The position numbers and the translations under genes are program-made. Source: Octopus sinensis (taxonomy: Eukaryota). Taken from it: a DNA stretch of 64,000 bases. Below are positions 12,500-24,389 of the stretch, piece by piece. Below the pieces are notes generated by a model. It was not told the origin of the DNA, searched no databases, and was given only the letters and a program-made list of their open reading frames with translations. Where the stretch lies: assembly GCF_006345805.1 (NCBI RefSeq), contig NC_043003.1:56420001-56484000 (forward strand), read 5' to 3'. Every line of letters begins with the position of its first letter. Positions within the stretch are counted from its first letter, which is position 1.

Positions 12500-13640
12500 G
12501 TTCGCTACCAGTAAACTAAGGCAACACCCCTTATTTTTCGAGCAGCATCCAGAGTATTCGAGCGGTTCCAAGCAGTGCTGTTTTCTGCAAATGCTACACC
12601 CTTATTGCAGCCCTTTTTGTTCTATGTACTTTTGAAGATTTTTACCCATTGTTCCCATGGCTCCGACAAATATTGGTACCACTACCACCTTTTTCATCGA
12701 CCACAACTGCTTATCCCCCCAAGCTAACCTGTTATATCTATCGATATCCTTCCTTATCGCATACCTTGTTGTCAGCTGGGCATGCTATATCTATGATCCA
12801 GCATTGCATGTTTTCTTTCTCAATTAATATAATGTCTGGTTTTCTGTCCCCGTACTGAATCATAAAGTCCGATAGGATTTTTGCCTTACCATTTTTGATG
12901 ATGCCTTTGGGTTTATATTCGTACAACTTTTTGCTCTGTCAAATGCATACTTGTTGCAAAGTGTCCAATGTATAATCCATGCTATATGTTATGACGTCTC
13001 TTATATTGTTTGGGGGCTTGTGGCGTACAATGACTGGTAATACGCAATAACGTTTCACCATTTTGTCCACAAATTCTGCACTTATCACTTTCTGATGTGT
13101 TGTCAATTCTGTATTTCATGTAATTGGTTCTTAATGCTTGCTCTTGGGCAGCAAAGATTAGGGCCTCTGTTTCCGGTTTTAAATCACTTTTAGTCATCCA
13201 TAGCCATCTATTTTCTCTGTCTTCTTTTGAATATCCCTATGAAATTGTCCATGCATTTTTTTTCATCCACCTATTTTTAGTTTAATTCAATCCCAGTGCT
13301 TTATCTTTGCAATCTTTTATCCTACACAAGCCTGACCGTCTTGTTTCCAGTAAGAGTGGTTCTGCGGCATTTTTTGCATACCAAGCTATGCTGTTTTCTT
13401 CGGCTATAATGCTGTGTTTGTATCTAATGAGTCTTAGTCCTCCTATTTTACTTGGTACTTAGAGTCTCTCCGTGTCACATTTTTGAGTGGCGTGACCCAT
13501 ATCTAGTCAGAAACTTCCTTGTCTTTCTGTCTAAGCTTTTTTAGTTCCTCTCCTGTCCATGCGATTACCCTTGCTCCATATCTAAGGAGTGAAACTACTG
13601 AGGTCTTGATAGCGCCAATCTTATTCCGCCCGTTTAGATT
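12500..13640 (-). mobile_element. 5'-truncated Dong family D fragment
   Basis: LKPETEALIFAAQEQALRTNY, KCRICGQNGET, RKPDIILI, IDIACPAD, QKTALLGTARIL; 5' end abuts (GAA)n. Confidence 0.88.
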
Positions 13641-13751
13641 CTTCTTCTTCTTCTTCTTCTTCTTCTTCTTCTTCTTCTTCTTCTTCTTCTTCTTCTTCTT
13701 CTTCTTCTCTTCTTCTTCTTCTTCTTCTTCTTCTTCTTCTTCTTCTTCTTC

Positions 13752-13783
<32 letters not shown>

Positions 13784-13967
13784 CTTCTTCTTCTTCTCTT
13801 CTTCTTCTTCTTATTATTATTATTATTATTATTATTAATATTATTATTATTATTCATAGTATTAAAAGTAGTAGTAATAGTAGTAGTAACAGCAGCAGCA
13901 GCAGCAGTAATGGTAGTAGTAACAGTAGCAGCAGCAGCAGAAGTAGTCGTAGCAGTAGTAGTAGTAA

Positions 13968-14014
<47 letters not shown>

Positions 14015-14016
14015 TT

Positions 14017-14070
<54 letters not shown>
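13641..14070. repeat. Compound microsatellite (TTC)n-(TTA)n-(TAG/CAG)n
   Basis: Direct reading. Confidence 0.95.
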
Positions 14071-14072
<2 letters not shown>

Positions 14073-14269
14073 ATCATCAAATTTGAGCTGATAGTTGATA
14101 CAATGCAGCCTGGAACTTGACTAGAACTATATTATCGAACTTGGCGTGATGAAGAGCAAAGCTGACCTACCGAAATCATAGAAGAAGATGGCAGCAGGCT
14201 AGTTATTGAAAGTGCCGAATTAAAGAACCGTTTCGTTCCCATCCAAGTAGCAATGTAACATCTGGTCCG

Positions 14270-14560
14270 TTTTGGTGAGGTTTCGTTGTCAGGATATTGA
14301 AATCACAAATACAACTGTTTCGATTTCCGGTACGGGTGGTGTGCTGTTTCCTGGAACAAGACACTTCACTTCATGTTGTACCAGTCCGACTTGCAAAAAA
14401 TTAGTACTTGACTAGTGCTGGTGATACATGCCCTCCTTCCAACTATGACATTCTCGACGCTCTACAGGGTCAAGGAATTCGAGAGCTTAAAGGGTATTTA
14501 TGTTTGCTCGCATCTACATGAGCGTCGAAAACTCTTTGTCACGTCATTATGTGCTTTCAA
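14270..14560 (+). mobile_element. Degraded SINE of a further family
   Basis: B-box-like gtttcgatttcc, then ctggaacaagacacttcacttcatgttgtaccagtcc; related to 49085-49430. Confidence 0.5.
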
Positions 14561-15005
14561 AGGACACTTATATTTTATTAGACTAAAAACAGTTTGTCAG
14601 GCAAAACTGTCAGATATTTTGACAAAGCAATTTTATAGGACAACGCGAGGAATATATAGAAATAAAACAGATATTTTCCCGTTACATTTATAATATTTAT
14701 GGTTTTATTTAAATTACTTGTAATATAATCGTTGCAAATGTGCAACCCAATTTTATATTAACTAATCTATAAACACACCAAGACAAAACACAATTATGTG
14801 TATGTGTGTATATATATGTATGTATTGGGGTGTATGTATATATGTGGATTTCTGTGCGTATACATATGCAAATTATGGAATATAAAGTGCAACCGATAAT
14901 AGAAGGTAAGAAAATGTAATAAGAAGCAGAAGAGTACATGCATATATACATAAATAATTATATACCTACACACATATATCTAAGCGTATGTGAGCATGTG
15001 TATTT

Positions 15006-15041
<36 letters not shown>

Positions 15042-15909
15042 CATTGAAACATTAAAATTGGTGTACATACTATATATGTATATGGATGTGCGTGCGTATG
15101 TTTGCGTGTGTTAGTGTGTATGTATGTATGTATGTATGTATGTATGTATGTATGTATGTATGTATGTATGTATGTAGGCAGGCATGAGTGTGTATGTATT
15201 ATCTACATGTATAATCTTGAAACAACAAATTTTACATATTTACTAAGAAATATTTCGACTCAGAAATAATTTTGAAAAGATATTCGCAGAATATTTCAAG
15301 GAATAAAAGAAAACAATGGAATATTTGATGAGTATATATTCGGGAGTATGTCAGCAGAGTGAATATGTGTGTATAGGTGTATTTTGTTGTGTACCTGAGT
15401 GTCTGTAATGTATATAAATATATAATTTACATACATGTACATATACACGAATACATACATGCATATATATATATATATATATATATATAGTAAAATACAG
15501 ATTCAGATAGAATCAGGTATTTAAAAAAATAACCAACTGGTAGGGTTGGATAAATCTGTTGTTCCAGCGTATGGTTGGTAATTATCAAATAAGATATTCC
15601 GGTTGTGTACAAAGAGAAAACCAAGTCTATGAGTATTTAGCGTCTAGGGCGGGAGTGAGCAACCCCTGGCACGTGTACCACACATAGCACGCCAATAATT
15701 TGTTTTTGTCAGGTGAAGGCCTCACTCTACTAACCCTTCATTTAACGACTTCCTTTCAGTAGTATATAGCGACTTTTTATTGCTCAGATACGTTAACATT
15801 AAAAATTAGCCCTGTATTTATTTAATGATCTCCTCCCAGACCAACCAATGTTTTGGTTTCAGCCTCCACTAATGGTATTGGTTTGGCAACTAAGTTCCCG
15901 CAAATGGTA

Positions 15910-17176
15910 TTGGGTTGGCAACTACGTTCCCGCCGTTTTAGTATACTTTTGAATTGATTGCGTTTTTAAATTTTAGAATCTATTTTTTGCGAGACTACCT
16001 TTGATTCATTTTTTTCTAGTTAATTTTAGTTAATTTTTGTTTCTGTTCAGATCATTAAAATGGAATGTGTAGTTAAGAAAAACGAGCATTTTCGACACCT
16101 CCTTATTTTTGCTTTTAATCAAGGTTCTAAGGTAGCAAAACTGCACGCGACATTTGTGCTGTGTATGGAGAGGGTGCCATAGCTGAGAAAACTGCTCGTA
16201 ATTGGTATGCCAAGTTCAAAATAGAAATTCTGACCTCAAAGACGCATCTCGTTCAGGTCATCCAGTTGAGTTCGATGAAGAGCGATTAAATCAACTTTTC
16301 CACGAAAATTCTCGTCAATCGACAAGGGAACTGGCAGAGAAAATAGAATGTTCCCACACTGCTATAGAGAAGCATCTTCATTCGATGAGAAATGTACAGA
16401 AGTATGGAGCATGTGTTCCGCATGCTTTAAGTGACAACAACAAAACTCAACGAGCCACAATCTCCGCTGGTGTGCTTGCACGTCACTGGTCAACTCATGG
16501 ACAAAAGCAACGATTTCTGTACCGAATCGTTACTGGCGACGAAAACTGGTCACTGTATATCAATATAAAGCAGCGTAAGGAATGGTTTAGCCCCGGTAAA
16601 GAAGCCACACCGCGCGTGAAACATCTTCATCTACGTAAAACGATGTTGTGCGTATGGTGGGAATGGGAAGGGATTATCGATTACGAATTGCTTGAACGGA
16701 ACCAAACGGTCAAAGCGGAACTCTATGTCCAACAGATGGAACGACTCAACGCGGCTATTCAAGAGAAAAGAACTAATCGGTAGCATGGAGTTCTTCTACT
16801 GCACGACAAAGCCCGCGCTCATATCGTCAATATGACCAAGGAAGCCATTCAATCGCATGGCTGGGAAGTGCTGCCACACCCTCTGTACTCTCCTGATTTG
16901 GCACCAACGTATTTCCACTTCTTTCTATCTTTTTCAAATGCTATGCGCCGTGTTTCGTTCAATACTGATGCAGAATTGAGAGCTTAGTTGGATCAATTTT
17001 CCGAGTCGAAATCGGGTGATATCTACCAACATGGTATTGAAAATCTGGTTAAACATTGGAAAGAAGTTGTAAACAACAACGGTGAATACGTTATTGACTA
17101 ATTAATTGTTATTTTTTGCTAAATCTTTTTAAAAATTAAAATACAAAAAACGACGGGAACTTAGTTGCCAACCCAA
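15910..17176 (+). mobile_element. Full-length mariner (mellifera-subfamily-like), 1267 bp
   Basis: TIRs ttgggttggcaactaMgttcccg.cgtttt at both ends; TA at 15908-15909 and 17177-17178. Confidence 0.95.
16060..17101 (+). pseudogene. Inactive mariner transposase
   Basis: EHFRHLL, CVPHAL, IVTGDENW, HDKARAH, YSPDLAPTYF (third Asp lost); two in-frame TAG and frameshifts. Confidence 0.93.
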
Positions 17177-17805
17177 TACTTATTCAAAATTTCTCTCGAT
17201 GTGTGTTACAGCAGTGACGTCATTATGCCGTATTCTTGCAGAATGAGGTAGAATCTGTGTATAAAGGGCAGAAAATGTACAACAATATTCGAAGGCTTAG
17301 CTGAGGTTTGCTTCTAAACAATTTGTTGAGTACTTAAATGAGATAAAGCTCCTATTGAATGCACAACATGTTTCGCATCGAGAATTGTTTGACATTTTAT
17401 GGATTTGTAAACTGGGTTTTTTTAAGTTTTTCGTGAACGTTTCAATGACTTGAATGTTAAATTAAATGGTTCTGGTAAGACACTTGATGTTATGCTTGGT
17501 TACAGAAAGGCTTTTGAAATGAAATTAGAAGCGTTTAAGAGGGATGTGAACAATGAAAGATTTAGATATTTCTCAAACCTAAAAGGGTACATACAGCAGG
17601 GATATGGCTGAAGCCTGACGGGACGAATTATGCATTGGGAAAATGACCAACAAAGATGACTGTTGAAGTTAACAATATAGTTCGTGAATGTGTGTAATAT
17701 GATATCTAAGGTTTTAACCAAACCGGGTGAGAATGGGAATTTGTTAGAAAAGAAAAGTCTTAGGTAGGCTGGAGTGAGTGTGGGTGATATTTTATTGTTG
17801 TGGGT

Positions 17806-17884
17806 TTAGTGTGCAGTGGGTAGCAAGGAGAGGACCTAATATAAATTAAGGATTAGGTCCTCACCTTGCTACACACTGCACTAA
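17806..17884. repeat. Inverted repeat, ~33-35-bp arms, 11-nt loop
   Basis: ttagtgtgcagtgggtagcaaggagaggacctaat / attaggtcctcaccttgctacacactgcactaa. Confidence 0.85.
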
Positions 17885-17957
17885 GCCTCAAGCCGACAAA
17901 TGCCTCATGAGTGGGTTTAGTAAACTGGAAGAAACCTGTCGTACATATCTATATCTA

Positions 17958-18026
<69 letters not shown>

Positions 18027-18056
18027 GTCTGTCGTTCTATCTATCCATCAATCTAT

Positions 18057-19122
18057 TCGCATTGCTCTCAAGCAACTCTGCCGTCCTGGGTCGACCTTGA
18101 GTGACTTCAACACAACCAAAGCATTCTATAGGGGTTTAGTGGAGGGGAGGTACGACGACGAGCTCGGGGCGAACCTGGACGTCGACGAGGAGTACCTGAC
18201 CCGCCTGTTCAGGACGACTTTCGGGCCAGGGCCCATGGACAACTTCCAGAGATCCCTGGCCTGGCAGTGCTACCAGAAGCGCTACCGTTCGGGATAAGCT
18301 CTACAGACACGGCTCGAGAAACACGGGGCCGACCTGCCCGAGATGCGGTCAGAGCGACGAAACCGTTCTGCACGCACTCGTGCAGTGTCCAACAATTTCC
18401 GACCTGTGGGCTTGTGTCGAACAACTGCTGTCACGTGTGGGACGAGTCGGTTATCAGCTGAGTCTATCGTTAATATTGTCACGCCTCCCTCCTTCAAACG
18501 GGAAGGAGAGCTATTTTCATCATCCTTGTGGCTATGGCGAAAGAATGTATCTGGTGGACGCGTCTGAAAGGATTGGAGACAAACACTTTCCCCTCTGGTC
18601 AATCTCTCATCAACTTCTTCAAGTACCACTTGAAAAGGAAAGTGAGAGTAGAGAGGCAAGTTTTGTCTAGCGAATGTTTAAAAAAAGATGGGTGAATGTA
18701 GCAAGAATGGCACGTATGAATGACGAAGCCACCTTGAGCATGATCCTATGAACCCAGAAATTGAAAACAGAGAGTTGCTTATTTGCAAAAAAAAAAAAAA
18801 AGAAATATAACATGTGACTCCATGACCGAGGTTACCGTGGTCTTTTCCGTAGGCTTTTCTTTCCACGGGTAAATCTCACCTGTCCTCCCCTTTACACTTC
18901 ATATTGACATTTCTGTGATAACGATCCCTATTGATCAAATTTTTTTTTTCCTCTCCCCCTTTTTTTTAACCCCCTTTTTTGTCCCCTTTCTCTTTTTACG
19001 ATCCCTTGATCGAAACTCCCCCTTCCTTTTTTTTTTTTTTTTTTTTAAACCTTCAAAAGAAAAGCTCTACTTGTAATTTGTTCTATCTGTGTGCAGCCCT
19101 GTGTGGCTAATAAAGAAACATA

Positions 19123-19123
<1 letters not shown>
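18057..19123 (+). mobile_element. 5'-truncated Tx1/L1-clade LINE (ORF2 C-terminus + 3'UTR) embedded in (CTAT)n
   Basis: LAWQCYQKALPVRDKLYRHG..CPRCGQSDETVLHALVQC..LW (CX2CX8HX4C) across frameshifts; pyrimidine-rich UTR; AATAAA at 19109; no poly(A). Confidence 0.82.
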
Positions 19124-19184
<61 letters not shown>

Positions 19185-19195
19185 ATATATTATAT

Positions 19196-19249
<54 letters not shown>

Positions 19250-19458
19250 TGCGTCTTCGTCTCTGTGTTTGCCCGGTGTGTAAAAGACCATGTTACTTAG
19301 CAGTTTGGCAAAAGTGACCGATGGAGTAAGTACCAGGATTTCTAAGAACACGTACATATATTTACAAGTAATTGTAAATACATGTATGAATTCGTTTTCT
19401 ATTACATTCGTATCAATATGTGCGTATGTATGCAAACATGAATATATATGTATATAAT

Positions 19459-19507
<49 letters not shown>

Positions 19508-19572
19508 CATATATATATATACATATATACATATATATATATGCATGTATGTGTATATATATATATATATAT

Positions 19573-19845
19573 AATCCGTAATAATGAAGGGTGAAATTAA
19601 TTAATTTGGAATAATTATCAATTACACCAAGTAGTCTTCGGCATGTAAAAGCCTCATTCGAGGAAAATTTAAGTAATACTAAGCAATAAAGGGTTTAGCA
19701 ACGAATTGCCTTACCACATACCGAATTTAGAAATAGCAGTCAAAGAGTTATAGCTATTTCTTCTAGAAATAGCTATAACTCTTGACTGCTATTTCTAAAT
19801 TCGGTATGTGGTAAGGCAATTCGTTGCTAAACCCTTTATTGCTTA

Positions 19846-19848
<3 letters not shown>
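19573..19848. repeat. (TA)n-embedded insert with an 85/84-bp near-perfect palindrome (19677-19848)
   Basis: Arms 19677-19761 and 19765-19848 differ by one A; 3-nt spacer tct. Confidence 0.92.
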
Positions 19849-19887
<39 letters not shown>

Positions 19888-20500
19888 TATATATTTACAT
19901 AGTAAGAGAGCGAGAGAGGGAGATAGGAGGAGGAGGAGGAGGAAAGACCCATAGGCGCAGAGTGACAGGAAGACAAAAAGTAAGGGATTATGGAGTTTGA
20001 CAGAGAGACAATTACAATAATATTTCGAGGTAAGAAAAGGTGTACGGAATGCAACTAAACGCTTATTCATAACAAATTCTAGAGAGATGAGTCTTGTTCA
20101 AAATAAAGTGAAAGTTTGAAAGGCTTTTATTCAGAGTTCTGCTCACCAAAAGATTTTCCTCGGTTGAAAGTTAGAGATCCATTGCTTCGAAACAGAAGTC
20201 TTTAGATCAAACATTTCTTTAGAATACATTTTTGCGTTTTACATAATTTTCTACATGTGTTTTCTTTTAATCGGAAAATATAAAAACGGAGAGAATTTGT
20301 ATGAATTGTAGGGGCATATTCCCCAAAGTGCTTGATTTTACATATGCTCTCTCTGAACATATATCTTTACATATAATTATCTATATGTTGATACGAGTAA
20401 GCGCGTATGCAAATTTCAAATCCTTGTGAATGCAAACACACAAATATGCGTACAAGCATAAACAGAAACTTCTGTATGAATATATATACATATATGTATA

Positions 20501-20572
<72 letters not shown>

Positions 20573-21199
20573 CGTGTACACGTGTGCGTATGTGAATGTG
20601 TGTAAGTGCGTACGCACTTCTGTGTATGCATGTGTGCTTATGCGCGTTCAGAGGGGCCGGTGTATGTTTGCCGTGTATGTATGTGTACAAATGTCTCTGT
20701 CTTGATACGAACGGCATACATGTAAAAGCAGGTGGACATATAAATCTATATCCAAATTCTCACAGACATATATACATACATATTGATGTGTGTGTGTGTT
20801 TGTGTGCGCATGTGTGCGTGTATGTATGTCTGTTTTTATGCATTTAAATACAACTTAAAGATACTTTACAATGTAGGATGCATGAAATTGATGCAACGTG
20901 CATGCATATATTTACATACATATGAATAAATTTTCCGATAGTTGCAGGTCGTCCACACTATTTCCATTATCCTGCTAATATCGATATGGATGTGAACATA
21001 CGTGTTCGGCGTTGCACACACGGAGAAATGCATACGCCAACGCATTCACACACAGACATAAATACGAGCATATGTTTGTGCGCATGCCTGAGTGTGTGTG
21101 TGTATGTCTGCATGTGTGTGTGTGTGTGCGTATGTGATGTACGTGTGGCATGTGATTGTATTTTTGTGTGAATGCAGTGAATACACACACATATATATG

Positions 21200-21237
<38 letters not shown>

Positions 21238-21346
21238 TGCAGATAGATAGATAGATAGATAAATAGATAAATTGATAGAAATAGAGAGAGACAGACAGAC
21301 AGATAAATAAATAGATAGATAGATAGATAGATAGATAGAAAGAAAT

Positions 21347-21422
<76 letters not shown>

Positions 21423-22506
21423 GTAGATAGATAGATATATTGATAGATAGCTAGATAGATGAATAGATAAAGGCATATATGCTTGTATGGTTTTATGCTT
21501 TTATAGAGAAATAAGCACGCGCACGTATTTATAGATGTATACAGAGAGAGGCACTGAAGGGCAGAGTGTAATTTAGAGCGGGGAAAAATGTGCAGGGATT
21601 GGATTAATATAGATCTGCATGCACCTCCTGTGGGATGCGCATACCTTATTCAACTAGCTGCATGAAATAATGCAGCATAGTGTTTCATTATACATACAAT
21701 CATGCACATATGCACAGGAACATATACACACACACACACACACAATTGTCCATCTCACTCTGTCTCTCTCTTCTCTGTACTTCACCTCGCTATTACTAGC
21801 TCTCTCTTAGCCACATATCCAGATACGGAGAGAAAGAGACAGATAGATTGTTGCATAAACAGATTGTTGGATGGAGTCATACACATATACGAAGATACGA
21901 ATATGTTTGCACCACCGACTAATATGAAAATCACTTGCGAACTCACAAACAGAGCAGTATCTATGTATATATATAGTGGAAGCAGGTTACTGTCTTCTTG
22001 CCGATCATATGCCTTTGTGGTTGTAAGTCTCTCTATTCTACTGCCACATTTGGCGTGATAATTTGTGATGCTAATATATTGTTTTCGCAGCCTGGTGTGT
22101 TTAAATGTATTTAACCTCAAAAATGTACAACTGTCAATCGTACTTCTTGTATCTGAATACAAATCCCTCTTCTGCTCAACAATCGGGTTCACTATCACAG
22201 TCCCAGTATTTATGAAATTTCATCAGCAGCTGCCCCTCTCTTTTTTAATTTGATACTCTGGAATTATATATTTATAAATGCCACAATCATAAGGGGATTT
22301 ATTGGGACAGACACACCGATTTTCATAAATGACGCACACTTAACATATTCTTTGACTTATATATCGTTGATGCGTTATAAGTGTTCGGATTTGTCTATGC
22401 TATAGTGTACTACAGAATTAACAGATGTATTTGAACCAAAGATGCTAACTGTAATTAATCTAAAGAAAATCACGTTGGATAGGAAAGGTTTGGCGTTTAT
22501 AAACAA

Positions 22507-22898
22507 CTAGCAGTATCGCCCGGCGTTGCTCGGGTTGTTAGGGAAATAACTATAAAGCATTTTTAGAGAGTTATAGCCACAAAATAGAAAAAAAATGCAC
22601 TAAAAATGGAAAAAATATGATGGTAATTTTTTTTTTAAATTGTTGACTCATCTTAGACATTTTTAGAGAGTTACTTCCCTTTAAAAAATATGCACTAAAA
22701 TGGAAAAACATGATGGTAAATTATTTTTAAAATCGTATACTCATCGTAGGCGCACGCTAATATCCAGATGGGCTCGATATGAATCACAACTATCAGATAC
22801 CCGGTTTTGGTTAAACTGCACCGCAAAATGTGGGAGGAGTTAGGAATCTAAATCGTAGGAGACAGACACTCACACAACTTCACGTTTATATATAAAGA
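22507..22898 (-). mobile_element. Non-autonomous Helitron-like element, variant with a different 5' half
   Basis: Same CTAG end and hairpin as 7659; A/T insertion; shares only ~130 nt; internal ~90-bp duplication. Confidence 0.8.
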
Positions 22899-23942
22899 TT
22901 TCTACGAGAAGAGAAAAATAGTGACATACCTGATCTGCAATCTTTAATACATTGTCATCAGTTTTTGATTACCTCTTTAACTCGCCGCTGTAACACTTGG
23001 TATACAGCCACTATTATTTCGGACTTTATTGAATCGTATATAACAATTTACACAAGTGACACGCTATTCATAGGTAGTTTAATTGACAGATTGCTGAAGC
23101 GTTAGCAATGCCCTTTTGTTGGAGCGTAAAGTACTGCAGAATATAATATTTTAAGGAATTATGACTAAATCCGCTTAATGACTACCTAAGTAGAAAGATA
23201 TTTATGGTCCCCGGTGTTTTTGTTTTTTATTAAAGTTCATTTACAGAAGGAGGAATGTATAAAAACTATGACTTTGTATTCGAGCACGTTATGACATATG
23301 TAGATCTATGTATATATTGATGAAAGTAACATAGATGTATACATACATGTATGTATATATAATATATATTATATGGCTGTATTATGTATGTGTTATGTTA
23401 TGTTACGCATATATGTATGAATGTATGTATGTATGCATGTATGTATGTATGTATGTATGTATGTATGTATGTATGTATGTATGTATTATGTATGTATGTA
23501 TGTATGTATGAATGTGTGTATGTGTGTATGTATGTACATAAAGATAGTGTAACTGCAGCTGTTAAAAATATTATTATGACAGAAAAATAGAAAATTCTCT
23601 GAACACTCAAATAATGAATATTCTATTTTGCAATTTTCAAAGAGACGGAGTCACACTCTCATAAGTTTGCACACACATTACATGCATACAGACACAAACA
23701 CATACATAGATACACATACCTCTGTGTGAATGAATATATATATATATATATATATGAGAAAGAGAGAGAGAAAGAGAGGAAAGGGTTAAGAGAGAGATAT
23801 GCATATGCATACATATAAATATATATATATGCATATTTGGGAATGCATTCATGTATGCATGAATGCCCATGTATTTGTGTATATATGATTGCATGCAATT
23901 CATATAAATATGTATGTATGTTATATATATATATATATAATA

Positions 23943-23980
<38 letters not shown>

Positions 23981-24389
23981 TGTATAATTGAATGAATAAA
24001 ACCGCAATTGCGAGATCATTATAATTATAATTAATACATCATTAAAAATTCTGTTCTAATTACTGGCAAAAATTAAAACAGTTTTGTCAATCTAAATTAC
24101 TAACGAAGGCGAGATATTAATAATAAAATGAATAAAATACGAAATTTCATTTTAACTAGAACTCCTCCAATGATTCCGCAATAAAAATATTGCATTTACG
24201 CATGCGCACGCTTATAGAGTTTTATTTGAATTTATGAAAATATTGAATATCATCAGTATCAAATTGTTGTGCTTAGAAAGTTAACTGAAATGTTATCAAC
24301 ATAACTCAAAGAAACCTTTGCGCTATAAATTATGTCAGTCGAAAATTCAATAAATATAACGTACTACTTGTTTATATATTGAGACAGAT

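Larger units (their letters stand above)
15645..17750 (+). mobile_element. Degenerate hAT (Buster/Charlie-like) transposon interrupted by the mariner
   Basis: Left-end-like tagggcgggagtgagcaacccctggcacgtgtacca; 17275-17600 reads YNNIRRLS*GLLL..EIKLLL and FNDLNVKLNGSGKTLDVMLGYRKAFEMKLEAFKRDV..FRYFSNLK. Joining the two parts is inferred; right end not found. Confidence 0.6.

Noticed and set aside
16202-16783. 193-aa ORF as an active transposase
   Set aside because: It is a fragment of a mariner ORF with frameshifts, stops and loss of the third catalytic Asp.
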